From Candidatus Eiseniibacteriota bacterium (lineage in GTDB: Bacteria; Eisenbacteria; RBG-16-71-46): DNA of 64,000 bases. Each line of letters begins with the position of its first letter. Position 1 is the first letter of the stretch. The stretch is taken from positions 1,280,001 through 1,344,000 of the forward strand of contig CAVSAC010000014.1 of assembly GCA_963725865.1 (NCBI GenBank). The letters run 5' to 3'. Of the stretch, positions 34,025-43,792 are shown piece after piece. The position numbers and the translations under genes are program-made. The notes beneath the pieces are model-generated. The model saw only the letters and a list, made by a program, of their open reading frames with translations, did no database searches and was not told the DNA's origin.

Positions 34025-34064
34025 GCGGCGCAGGTTAGCACGAGGATCGTCACGACCGTCGCCT

Positions 34065-35529
34065 TCAGGGCACGTGGGCGACCCAGCCCTGATACGTGAC
34101 GACGTCGGGGTCGGTCTCGTCGACCACGGATCCGTCGCCGATGATCGTCCGGCCATCGGCCGACAGGCGCCCGATCCACCACAGGTGCCAGCCGGACGGC
34201 ACGGTGATCGAGTGGGCCGCGAGGAGGTCCATCACGCGAACGGGCGCGGCGTACGTGGGAGCGCTGCCGCCGCTGCCGGCGGCCGACGTCCAGCGCACCG
34301 CGTCCGGTTCGTCGGCTCCATTGATACCTCCGCCGATGATCGCGCCCGTGAAGTCCGCGCCGCGCGCGAATCCCATCGTTGCGCCGGGCGGCAGCGGAAG
34401 CGGCTGCGCGGGCCCGTACACCTGGCCCACGGTGGTGCGGCCGGTGGGCACGCGCGCGAGTCGCCAGTAGCACGGTTGCATGCCTTCGGCGGAGGTGCCT
34501 TCGCCCACGATCACTTTTCCATCACCGGAGATGCCCTCCACGCGGGCTTCATCATCGCCACCGGGCAGATCCTCGAGCAATTGCGGTGCGTAGCTGCCAG
34601 TCTGCGGATCGAGGATCCATGCGCAGGCGTGCGACTTGATGAAGAAGTCGTACCAACCCGAGGTGGCGGCGTCGTACAACGCGCCGCCGAGGATCGTGCC
34701 GTCGTCCGAGACACAGTCGGCCTCGCCGCTCGCCTGCTCCATGCCGGCGGGCAGCGCGAGCGCGTGCGCCGCGGGGTCGGTGCTCGACCAGTAGACCGGC
34801 TTCGCGCCCGGCGAGAGCCGCGGGTGCTGCACCTGAACGTTGGAGAATCCTGCCACGATCCGATGGCGGCCCTGAGTGAGGGCGCCGATCGGATCGCTCA
34901 CGTCGTACGCTTCGCCGTACAGATGCCCCGCGAGGATCCCGAGGGCGCGACCCTTGCCAGCCTCCCACAGGACGGGCAGGTGCGTGATATCGACTCCCGA
35001 GTTCGACTGGCCCGCGATCACCTGCGCGTCGGGTGAGATACCGATCGCGTTGCTCTCGAGATGCTGGGCGTCGAGCGGGTAGCCGAGCCCGAAGATTCCC
35101 GGGCCGCCGCTCCCGAGGTTGACGTAGAAGTTCGGAAAGCGACGACTCCGAGACCCTGCGCCTCAGGTGCCAGAACTTCTCGCCCTTGCACGGGCGCGTC
35201 CACCCGAACGCCTCGTCCGCGTGCTTCCAGTTGTCGGCGTCGCCGTCCTTGATGGTCCAGGGCTCGTCCGCGTTGCTGCTGCCCACGGCACGCTTGCCGT
35301 CCGCCGAGACGTCGTGCACTGAGCTCTGGACCCAGTCTCCCGGCAGATCGCCCACGGGCTCGAAGAAGTCGTTCGGGCAGCGGTGGGCCGTGCCGGCTGT
35401 GATCTCCCGCGATTCGCGGGGAGCTCGAATGCCGTGTTCGGGTGTGGCTGGAGCGGCGAGCGCCGAGGTGGCGCAGCCGAGCGCGATCAGGATCAGGCAG
35501 GCGGTGCTCGAGGAGACGAGTGCGCACAC
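34065..35529 (-). pseudogene. Secreted HAF-like extracellular repeat protein, frameshifted (near 35130-35165, possibly also near 35510)
   Basis: Repeated xSxDG..IxG units (VSADGKRAVG, ISPDAQVIAG, VSDDGTILGG, ISGDGKVIVG, LSADGRTIIG) split over two frames. Confidence 0.7.
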
Positions 35530-35733
35530 GTCCTCCTGGACGAGCGTCGGGGGCGAGGCTCGTGCGAGGAAAATCCGTGCGGCCTCGTGGCGCACCATAG
35601 CACGCGAATTGTGGTATCGGCCGTTCGATCGCGCTGATGGTCTGCCGTGTCGTGCATGGAGGGCCCGGAGCCGCGTCGAAACACCCACGCTGGCCCCGAG
35701 CAGACCGCGATCTCGGTGTGGGATCGCGCCGCG

Positions 35734-36981
35734 TCACGCGCCCGCGGTCACCTGCTGGTCGACGGCGAGGGCGGCGATCACGTCGGCGACCTGGCGGTAG
35801 CCGGTCTCGAGCAGGAACGAGTCGTAGCGGGCGTACGACTTGGCGCCGAGGATGAAGAAGTCGGGCTCGGGATTGCGCAGCACGTCGGCGCCGAATGCGG
35901 GCAGCGCGGTGCAGTCGCCGCTGAGGCCGCCCTGCGCGGCGAGCAGCGCGGCCGAGAGCTTCATCGGCCCGCGCGAGGCGTAGCACTCGTGCACCTGCAG
36001 CTCGCGGTAGAGCGAGTCGTCGGGGCCGAAGCCGGTGTTGACGATCACCTCGTCGACTTCTTCCTGGCGCACCGTGTCGCCCTGCGCGAGCTGCACGCGG
36101 TAGCGGTGGGTCGCGGAGTTGAACTCCAATCCCCTCGACCTCGACGCCGCCCACGTGGGTGACCGCCGGATGCGCGCCGCGCGCCAGCTCGCGGGCGCTC
36201 GCGTGCAGCGCGGCGCGCGCCGGCAGCGGATCGTTCACGTGCGCGGGGAACAGCGCGTCGCTCGCCTGGCGCGTGTCGCCCACAGGCAGGTGGTGCCTTC
36301 GGCCTCGTCGGCCAGCGCCGCGAGGTCGGCGACCATGGTGGCCGCACTCGCGCCGCCGCCGATCACCAGCGTGCGGCGGCCCGCGTGGCGCGCGCGGCGC
36401 AGGCCGCGCACGTCCTCGACGTGGTAGCCGAGTTGCGGCGCCAGGTACAGCTCGCCGCGCGCGGGGATGCCGCCGGTGCCGGCGCGATTGGGCACGCCGT
36501 AGGTGCCCGAGGCGTCGATCACCGAGAACGCGTGGATGAAGTTCTCGCGCCCGCCCGCGTCGCGCACCAGCAGTCGGAACGGCCGCTCGCGCCGCGCGGG
36601 AGTGCCGATGTGTTCGCCCTTGAGCATGCCGTGGCGACTGATCTGGATCACCTGCGCGTGCACGTGCAGCCGGTCCTTCAGCTCCGGCAGCCGCGCGATC
36701 GGCTCCAGGTACGCCTCGGTCAGCTCGCGTCCGGTCGGGCACTCGTCGGCCGCGGGAGCGCTCCAGCCCGTGCGCTCGAGGTGCGCGCGCGAGGCGAGGC
36801 CCACGTTCATGCGCCACGGCGTGAACATGCGCACGTGCCCCCACGCCAGCGGATGCGAACCCGGCTCGCCGCGCTCGAAGACGTGCACGTCGAAGCCGCG
36901 ATCGAGCGCGGCCAGTGCGGCTTCGAGGCCGATGGGGCCGGCGCCGATGACGGCGAGGCTGTTGCGGGCGGGCTGGGGCAT
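35734..36981 (-). pseudogene. FAD/NAD(P)-dependent oxidoreductase (flavoprotein monooxygenase-like) with two compensating frameshifts (~36275, ~36130)
   Basis: IGAGPIG, WGHVRMFTPW, VIDASGT, IGGGASA, NTGF.PD, FFILGAKSY.R...FLL..GY.Q; middle segment lies in another frame. Confidence 0.78.
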
Positions 36982-37033
36982 GGGCGGAGGAATCCGAGCG
37001 GCGAGGGTGGACGATCGAGCGACCGGGGGAGGC

Positions 37034-37063
37034 ACTCTAGAGGCGAGTTACGCGCGTGAGCAA
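37034..37063 (-). promoter_or_regulatory. Putative promoter TTGCTC-N18-TAGAGT facing the flavoprotein gene
   Basis: Same architecture as 2549-2578 and 7639-7668 with an unrelated spacer. Confidence 0.6.
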
Positions 37064-37116
37064 GGCGAGTGCTAATCCGAACGATGCAGCATATCTGATA
37101 ATCGCCGAGATACCTC

Positions 37117-37256
37117 TTGACGCCCCCCCCCCCCCTGAAGGAGTTGACTCCGGATGTGCGAGGCCTCCGCCCGCGTCCCCACCACGAGACCGTGCCCCAC
37201 ACCAGCGAGTTCCCCCGAGTTGGTCTCGGACGCAGTGTCGAATGGAGGCCACACCC
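37117..37256 (+). promoter_or_regulatory. Cassette leader copy 3 with C13 tract
   Basis: TTGACG-C13-TGAAGGAG-TTGACT, then the block identical to copies 1 and 2. Confidence 0.6.
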
Positions 37257-39365
37257 ATGGGCCGCATCCCATCGCATTGGTATGCTCTTCTCATGCTGTT
37301 GCTCGTTCCGAGGGCCTCGTCGGCGATTCAGTTGGAATGGAGCTCAGGAAGCACCGCCCTGAACTTCACTTCGGCCTCGCGATGCACGCTGGTGGTTCAG
37401 GCTGATGCTGCCGAGGGGCGGCTTCCATCGGAGTGGCGATTGCTGTGGGCGACGGACAGTTGCGACATTCGCCCGCTTGCGCTGCCAGCCCCCGCCTCGT
37501 GCCAGCAAGAAACGGCCGAGGTGTCAGGCGTCGAAGATCCCTCTACCGGCGCTGATTCATTGGCCCACATGCCGACGGTTCATTTCTGCTCGGCGGGCGG
37601 CGCGCTCGCGACAATCGCCCGCTACGTGTTCGATCTGCCCGCGGGGGCCCGCGGACGGTTCAAGGTCGTCGCACTCGACCCCGAGGATCCGGGCGGGAAC
37701 CGAGTCCTCCAATCGAACGAGGTGAGCTTCAATGGCGGCGTGAGCACCCCTTATCCGCCGACGATCCTCAGAACCGCGGCGGTGCACCTGTCCACGGAGT
37801 ATCACCTCGAGGCAGTCGGCGCAGGTATGGCGACGATGAACGCGCTATCGCTCGTCGCATCCGATGATTCGTGGCGCCAGCCACTGGACATTGCAAGCCG
37901 AGACGATGAGCGAATCACTGCCACCGCGTCCCTCGCGGCCAATGTCCCCGAGTGCATCGTCGAGCTCGAAAGCCAGGCAGGAGGCGTCGCGATTGCATCG
38001 CTTCCTGCCGAGCCCGAGCCTCAACTGCAATCGCCGGAGAGTGGATGCATGCAGAACTTCTTCGAGCGAGTCTTCGATGATCCCTACGAGATCCAGCCCA
38101 AGGACTTCGCATTCGTACTGGGAGGCTGGACGCCGGCGGGGGAGTGGACCTTCCACCTGTTCTACATCCGTCAGAACCAGTTCACCCTGAGAGACACGAC
38201 CATCATCGGTCGTGCGGACTCAACCGCGTGGAACATCGGTCACGCAGTGTCCAACAACCTCGAGGATTGGCCCGCGAGGGATCTCCAGGGCACTCTCGTT
38301 ATCGACACCGCAGCCATCAAGACGCGGCCAGGCCGCTTCGACAGTCGCCATGTTTGGGCACCGAGCATCGTCAAGCACGGCCTGACCTACTACATGTTCT
38401 ACACCGGCGTCGATGACGCCGGGAAGCAACGCCTCGGGCTCGCGACGTCGACCGACTTGGCGACCTGGGTCCAAGGCGACAGCGTCTACGACGCCACGCG
38501 GGCGGGTTCGTGGGTCGACCAATCGACGAACGACTTCCGGGATCCGTTCGTGATGGAGGATCCGGACAACCCGGGTGCCTGGTTGCTCTACTTCGGCGCG
38601 GGAAGCGCCGAGCGACCGGGCCGCATGGCGATTGGAGTTGCGCAATCGGCGGGCGGCCTCACTCAATGGCAGACCTCCAGGCCAATCCGAGCGACCTACC
38701 AGCCCTACGCGCGAGTCGAGTCGCCCAACGTCTTCTGGCGACAGGGCAAGTGGTGGCTCTTCTACACGCCTAGCGACACGGTCTATGCAGTTGGGAACCT
38801 GGACCCCAACACCAACGCATCGAGTCCCTCGGACACCATCACTGCGAACTGGAGCACTCCGGCGCGGCTTCAGTCGCTGGTCGTGGATCAGCCCGGCATC
38901 TACTACAACTGGCATGCGACGGAGTACCTCGAGGTCAGCGACGCCAACGACATCCGATATCTCGCTGCGTACAATGACTATCCAGTTTCGATCAGCATCA
39001 CTCAGATGCACCCTGCTAGCCCTCCCTATCTCTTCAAGGACGGATGTCCGACAGCGGCCGGTGTCGGAGAGCCTCAGCTCGGCATCTCAGAATGTCGTCT
39101 TACCCTGATGGGAGCGAGTCCAGCACGATCCGTCGCGCGTTTCCGTGTCGAAGCGCCCGCACCGATGCGAATTCGATTGACGGTATTCGACGTTCTCGGT
39201 CGCAAGGTGAAGACGCTGGTCGACGGCCAGATTTCGGCGGGTGAACGGAGCTTCGTGTGGGACGGAACGGCTGAGGACGGCAGCCGGATCGGGAGCGGCG
39301 TGTACTTCGTTCGATTGGCCGCCGATCCCTACGGTCGAACCATCCGGCTGCCGTTGATCAGGTGA
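37257..39365 (+). CDS. Secreted GH32/GH43-like hydrolase + FlgD-Ig domain, copy 3
   Basis: MGRIPSHW start; PKDFAFV, VWAPSI, FRDPFV, ESPNVF; WDGT...GSGVYF. Confidence 0.87.
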   Translation: MGRIPSHWYALLMLLLVPRASSAIQLEWSSGSTALNFTSASRCTLVVQADAAEGRLPSEWRLLWATDSCDIRPLALPAPASCQQETAEVSGVEDPSTGADSLAHMPTVHFCSAGGALATIARYVFDLPAGARGRFKVVALDPEDPGGNRVLQSNEVSFNGGVSTPYPPTILRTAAVHLSTEYHLEAVGAGMATMNALSLVASDDSWRQPLDIASRDDERITATASLAANVPECIVELESQAGGVAIASLPAEPEPQLQSPESGCMQNFFERVFDDPYEIQPKDFAFVLGGWTPAGEWTFHLFYIRQNQFTLRDTTIIGRADSTAWNIGHAVSNNLEDWPARDLQGTLVIDTAAIKTRPGRFDSRHVWAPSIVKHGLTYYMFYTGVDDAGKQRLGLATSTDLATWVQGDSVYDATRAGSWVDQSTNDFRDPFVMEDPDNPGAWLLYFGAGSAERPGRMAIGVAQSAGGLTQWQTSRPIRATYQPYARVESPNVFWRQGKWWLFYTPSDTVYAVGNLDPNTNASSPSDTITANWSTPARLQSLVVDQPGIYYNWHATEYLEVSDANDIRYLAAYNDYPVSISITQMHPASPPYLFKDGCPTAAGVGEPQLGISECRLTLMGASPARSVARFRVEAPAPMRIRLTVFDVLGRKVKTLVDGQISAGERSFVWDGTAEDGSRIGSGVYFVRLAADPYGRTIRLPLIR

Positions 39366-41851
39366 GCCAGGGTATGAAGGCAACTGCCGTCCTAGGTGGC
39401 ACAGCCCTGATCGCGGTTTGTGCGATGTCGCCGGCACGCGCTCAGTTCGTCGACCAGCAGCTGTGGGGCACGGACGGCAATGTCGGGGCGGTCTTGAAGG
39501 CAGGAAACACGCTCTACGTCGCCGGGGCATTCAACCGTGTGGTGCCCAACTCTGGCGGTGGGGTCGAGGTGGACCCGGTGCTGGGCCTGCCGACACGGAG
39601 CATCCCCAAGGTGGCGGGCGTTGTCGAGGCCGTCATTCCGGACGGCGCGGGCGGCTGGTACATCGGTGGGCAGTTCAGTGCCGTGGGGGGGCACCCACGG
39701 CACAACCTCGCGTGGGTACAGTCGGATGGAAGCATCTCCCAGTGGGCTCCTAATCCGGACGCGGCGGTCGATGCGCTAACCTTCGACGGGACGACGCTCT
39801 TCGTCGGCGGGCAGTTCATGAGCATCGCTGGGTCTCCGCGCAGCTATCTCGCCGGCTTCGCCGCCTGGAGCGGGCAACTCCTCGAGTGGGACCCGGGGCC
39901 CGATCGGCCGGTCCGGGCCCTGAACCTGCTCGGGGGACGCCTCTTCGTCGGGGGTGACTTCTCTAGCATCGCGGGAGCGACCCGATGGAGCCTTGCGGAG
40001 TTCGATTGCGCGAACGGCAGGCTGACCGACTGGGCGCTACGCATCGGCTCTCCCACCGGTCCCGGGTCGGTGCGGACGCTCGCGGGCTCGGGCGATACGT
40101 TGTTCATGGGCGGGTTGATCGGCGTCATGGAGGGAGTTTCCAGACTGCACGCGGGCGCGCTGAATGCCCGGACTCGAGAGGTCACGGCATGGAATCCACG
40201 CGTGACGAGTCCAGTGGGGGACATCTCTTTCGGGAAGGGCTACGTGTCGGCCATTGCCGTCAGCGGACAGGGCGTGCTGGTCGGCGGGCACTTCACTGGG
40301 ATTGGTGGTAGTAAGCGAGCAGGCTTGGCGATGGTCGACCGCACCACCGGCCAAGCGACCCCGTGGAATCCCGCTTTCGGGGCGACTTTCAGCGACAGCT
40401 CGGCCGACATCAGCTCGATCGTTGTGGAGGGCGACTCCGCCTACGCGGCCGGGACGTTCTTGGGGGTCAACGGAACCGACCGTGCCTACTGCGCCAAATT
40501 GGATCTGAACTCGTCCGCGGTGAGCCCATGGGATCCCCAGCCCACCGGTCCCGTGCACGCGATCGGCTCCCAACGTGGACGCGTGTTCCTGGGCGGTCGG
40601 TTCGCAGGGCTGGGAACGCAGGGGCGTCAGCGTGCTGGGCTTGCTGCGTTCGACGCGACGACCGGGGCGGTGAAGGACTGGAACCCGAACCCGGTTGGCT
40701 ACGGAGTCGTGACGATCGCGATGGCCGAGGGGCGGCTCTTCGTGGGTGGCTACTTCTGGGAAATCGGGGGCCAGCCGTGTGACGGGCTTGCGGCGGTGGA
40801 TACGCTCACGGGCGCGGACACCGGGTGGCATCCTCGGGTGAACGACTGGCCGCTGACGCTCGAGCCCGTGGGCGACACGCTGTTCGTAGGAGGGGCATTC
40901 ACGGCGGTGGATGGACAGGCGCGCGGCCGGATTGCCGCGTTCGACCTGATGTCGGGAGCGTTGATCAACTGGGCTCCATCCGTGAACGGCGACGTGTTCG
41001 ATATCGAGGTCAAGGACTCGACGATCCTGGTCGCGGGCGGCTTCGACCGCGTGAACGGAACGCCGCGGGAGCGGGGACTCGCCGCGGTCAACCGGTTCTC
41101 GGGAGCCCTGCTCGATTGGGATCCCCAACCCAGCTACTGGGCCAGCGCGATCGAGGTTGTAGGCGACACGCTGTACGTGGGCGGCAACTTCATCTCGATC
41201 GGAGGGCAGCCGAGGTCAAACCTCGCCGCGCTCGACCTGAAGTCCGGGCAGGCGCTCGACTGGCGCGCGGACGCCAACGGGAGGGTCATGGCGTTGGCGA
41301 CGATTGGAGACACGCTCTTTGCTGGCGGGCTCTTCTACACGATTGCCGGGCAGTCCCGGAACAGCATCGCGGCGGTGGATCGCCACACCGGGAAACTCCT
41401 CGACTGGGATCTTGGACTGAGTTCGAGCGAATACGACATTCCCAACCCCGTGGTCTGGGGATTGGCGGCCGCGGACCATGCAGTTTATGTGGGAGGCGCA
41501 TTCGGTCGAGCCGGGCTCGCGCCTGTCGGCGGACTGGTCGCCTACTCGTTCGCCCCGCCTCCCCCTGAGCCGCCCGTGCAGCCGAAGGCGGTGGCGCTTG
41601 CGCCCATCGCTCCAAATCCTGTGCATGGACCACTCGGCATTCGCTTCGATCTTCCGGCGCAGACCGCGACGTCGATCACGATCTTCGACGTGCAGGGTCG
41701 TCGAGTGGCCCGTCCGCTCGACCGGGCAGTTCAGAGCGCCGGGCGACACGAACTCATGCTCGAGGCATCGCGGTGGCCACGGGGATTCTACTTCTGCCTG
41801 CTCGAGGCGGGGCCGACTCGATCGGTTCGGAAGTTCGTGGTTCTGAGATGA
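39362..41851 (+). CDS. Secreted beta-propeller repeat protein + T9SS-A/FlgD-like domain, copy 3
   Basis: GTGA overlap; paralog of 4849-7341; ends RKFVVLR. Confidence 0.87.
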   Translation: MSQGMKATAVLGGTALIAVCAMSPARAQFVDQQLWGTDGNVGAVLKAGNTLYVAGAFNRVVPNSGGGVEVDPVLGLPTRSIPKVAGVVEAVIPDGAGGWYIGGQFSAVGGHPRHNLAWVQSDGSISQWAPNPDAAVDALTFDGTTLFVGGQFMSIAGSPRSYLAGFAAWSGQLLEWDPGPDRPVRALNLLGGRLFVGGDFSSIAGATRWSLAEFDCANGRLTDWALRIGSPTGPGSVRTLAGSGDTLFMGGLIGVMEGVSRLHAGALNARTREVTAWNPRVTSPVGDISFGKGYVSAIAVSGQGVLVGGHFTGIGGSKRAGLAMVDRTTGQATPWNPAFGATFSDSSADISSIVVEGDSAYAAGTFLGVNGTDRAYCAKLDLNSSAVSPWDPQPTGPVHAIGSQRGRVFLGGRFAGLGTQGRQRAGLAAFDATTGAVKDWNPNPVGYGVVTIAMAEGRLFVGGYFWEIGGQPCDGLAAVDTLTGADTGWHPRVNDWPLTLEPVGDTLFVGGAFTAVDGQARGRIAAFDLMSGALINWAPSVNGDVFDIEVKDSTILVAGGFDRVNGTPRERGLAAVNRFSGALLDWDPQPSYWASAIEVVGDTLYVGGNFISIGGQPRSNLAALDLKSGQALDWRADANGRVMALATIGDTLFAGGLFYTIAGQSRNSIAAVDRHTGKLLDWDLGLSSSEYDIPNPVVWGLAAADHAVYVGGAFGRAGLAPVGGLVAYSFAPPPPEPPVQPKAVALAPIAPNPVHGPLGIRFDLPAQTATSITIFDVQGRRVARPLDRAVQSAGRHELMLEASRWPRGFYFCLLEAGPTRSVRKFVVLR

Positions 41852-41935
41852 GGCGCGCGTGCGCCACGCCTTCGCTGTGTGAGCGTGCGGTTCTCTGGAA
41901 GATGACCGGCTGCCGTGAGAATGGCACTGCCGCGC

Positions 41936-42625
41936 TCACTCCCAGCGCAGTCCGAGTCGCTTCAGCAGCTCGCCGCGTCCGAGCGCGGTGACGAGCACGC
42001 TGCGCGTGCCGCGCTGGCGGCGGATCCAGTCGCGCTCCAGGAACTCGGCGGCGAGCGCCGCGCCGAGAGCGCCCGCGAGGTGCTCGCGGCGCTCCGTCCA
42101 GTCGATGCACGTGCGCACCAGCGGCCGCGACCCGGCGCGCAGCGTGGCGAGGTCGACGTCGAGCCGGCCGAACGCGGCGGCGGCCCGCGCGCCCAGCACG
42201 AGCCCGTCCGCGCTCAGCGCGAGCGCGCGCTTAGCCACCAGCGCGTCGGTCACCGCGACGCCGAGCGCACCCGCGAGATGGTCGTAGCAGAGCCGCGCGT
42301 GCTGCAGCGCGCGGCGCGCGGGTGGCAGCTCGGCGGGCGCGGCGTCGCGCGGCGGGATCAGGCGCGCGAGCGCCTCCAGCGCCTCGCCGACCTCGGGCCC
42401 CGCGAGGCGGAAGTAGCGGTGGCGGCCGGTCACCTGCACGCGCACGAGGCCCGAGGCCAGCAGCTTCGACAGATGCGAGCTGGCGGTGGCCGCGGTGACG
42501 CCGGCCTCGCGCGCGAGCATGCCCGCGGGCAGCGCGCGTCCGTCCCACAGCGCGCCGAGCATGGCGGCGCGGCTCGGGTCCGCGAGCAGCGCGGCGACCT
42601 CGGCGAGCCGGTGGCGGGAGATCAT
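41936..42625 (-). CDS. ArsR/SmtB-family transcriptional regulator (long form)
   Basis: LLADPSRA.ML..L.DGRA..AG.LA, TASSHL.KL, GRHRY, ARLCYDHLAG.LGV, C.DWTERR.HLAG. Confidence 0.88.
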   Translation of the reverse strand: MISRHRLAEVAALLADPSRAAMLGALWDGRALPAGMLAREAGVTAATASSHLSKLLASGLVRVQVTGRHRYFRLAGPEVGEALEALARLIPPRDAAPAELPPARRALQHARLCYDHLAGALGVAVTDALVAKRALALSADGLVLGARAAAAFGRLDVDLATLRAGSRPLVRTCIDWTERREHLAGALGAALAAEFLERDWIRRQRGTRSVLVTALGRGELLKRLGLRWE

Positions 42626-42702
42626 GCCGTCAGCATACGGCACCGAACGCGCGGCCACCGCGGGCGTGGCCGGGCGTGATCCGGGTTCGCGCGCCGTCTC
42701 GA

Positions 42703-43050
42703 TCATCCGGGGGCTCCCGCTGGTCGCGCCGGCACACCCAGCGTGCCGTCGACGATCTCGAGGAACGTGCGCTCCTCGCGCACGATGAAGCGCTGCTCGC
42801 GCGCGAACGCGAAGTTGGCGCGGCCGCCCGCGTCGGCCTTCAGCCGCGCGCGGTAGGCCTCGTAGGCGGCGAGCGAGTCGAACGCGATCACGCCCCAGGC
42901 GACGTCGTTGGTGCCTTCGTGCGGCAGGAAGTAGCCGACCAGGTGGCCACCACACGCCGGGATGATGCGCCCCCACTCCCGCGCGTAGCGCTCGAACGCG
43001 TCGCGCTGGAACGGGTCGATCTGGTAGCGGATGAAGCAGGTGATGGCCAT
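42703..43050 (-). CDS. NIPSNAP-family protein
   Basis: [30 protein letters not shown]. Confidence 0.88.
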   Translation of the reverse strand: MAITCFIRYQIDPFQRDAFERYAREWGRIIPACGGHLVGYFLPHEGTNDVAWGVIAFDSLAAYEAYRARLKADAGGRANFAFAREQRFIVREERTFLEIVDGTLGVPARPAGAPG

Positions 43051-43320
43051 GCGGGCACTCCGATCGTGGTCGTTCGGTCGGCGAGGGACGCGGCCCGCGA
43101 GTCTGCACGCGTCGCCTCACGCGGTGGCCGGCGGCCGCGGCGCGCGGGCTGGAACTCCCGCGCCCCGCGGCGCCGACGTTGTCAGAGGCGACCGTAGCGG
43201 TTGGCGAGGGCGCTCGGCTTCGACGGTGGTCGAAGCATGCCTCGCGTGGAGGTGAATCGCGCCCGGGGGGCGGGCGCCGCGCCACTCCGCGCCGGCCCGC
43301 GATGTGCCGCGGTCCCTCCT

Positions 43321-43749
43321 CTACGTCCGGGCAGGGCGAAGCGAGCGCCCGCTCGAGTCGGCGGGCGGCGCTGAGGGGAGCGAGTCGAGCTCCGCGCGCC
43401 GGAAGACGTAAGGCACGCTCGACCACGTCGTGGTGAGCGGTCCGATCTCGCGCTGCTCCCTGAACTCGATCGCGATCTCGCGGAGCCTGACACCTTCGGG
43501 GTAGTGATCCCGGGCGAAGCGCGCCATCCGGCGTGCCCGCTCCGACCGGGCGGCACCCTCGAGTGACCACAGCGGGCCCCGCCCGAGCGTGATCGTCAGC
43601 CGGCCGCCCGAGTGCACGGTGACGCGCACCTGCGGCTCGCCGAACTCCTGGCGGATCGCCGCGACCAGCTTGAGCATGTCGCCGATCGGCGCACAGGACG
43701 TCGCGAGCAGCAGCGCGAGCAGCAGGCCCCGAGAACCCCGGCGCTTCAT
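43321..43749 (-). CDS. Hypothetical lipoprotein
   Basis: MKRRGSRGLLLALLLATSC lipobox-like signal. Confidence 0.65.
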   Translation of the reverse strand: MKRRGSRGLLLALLLATSCAPIGDMLKLVAAIRQEFGEPQVRVTVHSGGRLTITLGRGPLWSLEGAARSERARRMARFARDHYPEGVRLREIAIEFREQREIGPLTTTWSSVPYVFRRAELDSLPSAPPADSSGRSLRPART

Positions 43750-43792
43750 GGCGAGTTCCTCCCCGATCGTCGCGTGCCCCGTGCGCCCCCGC

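Noticed and set aside
41904..41911. GACCGGCT resembling the IS110 inverted repeat just after cassette copy 3
   Set aside because: Only 8 bp in GC-rich DNA, with no partner end or core.
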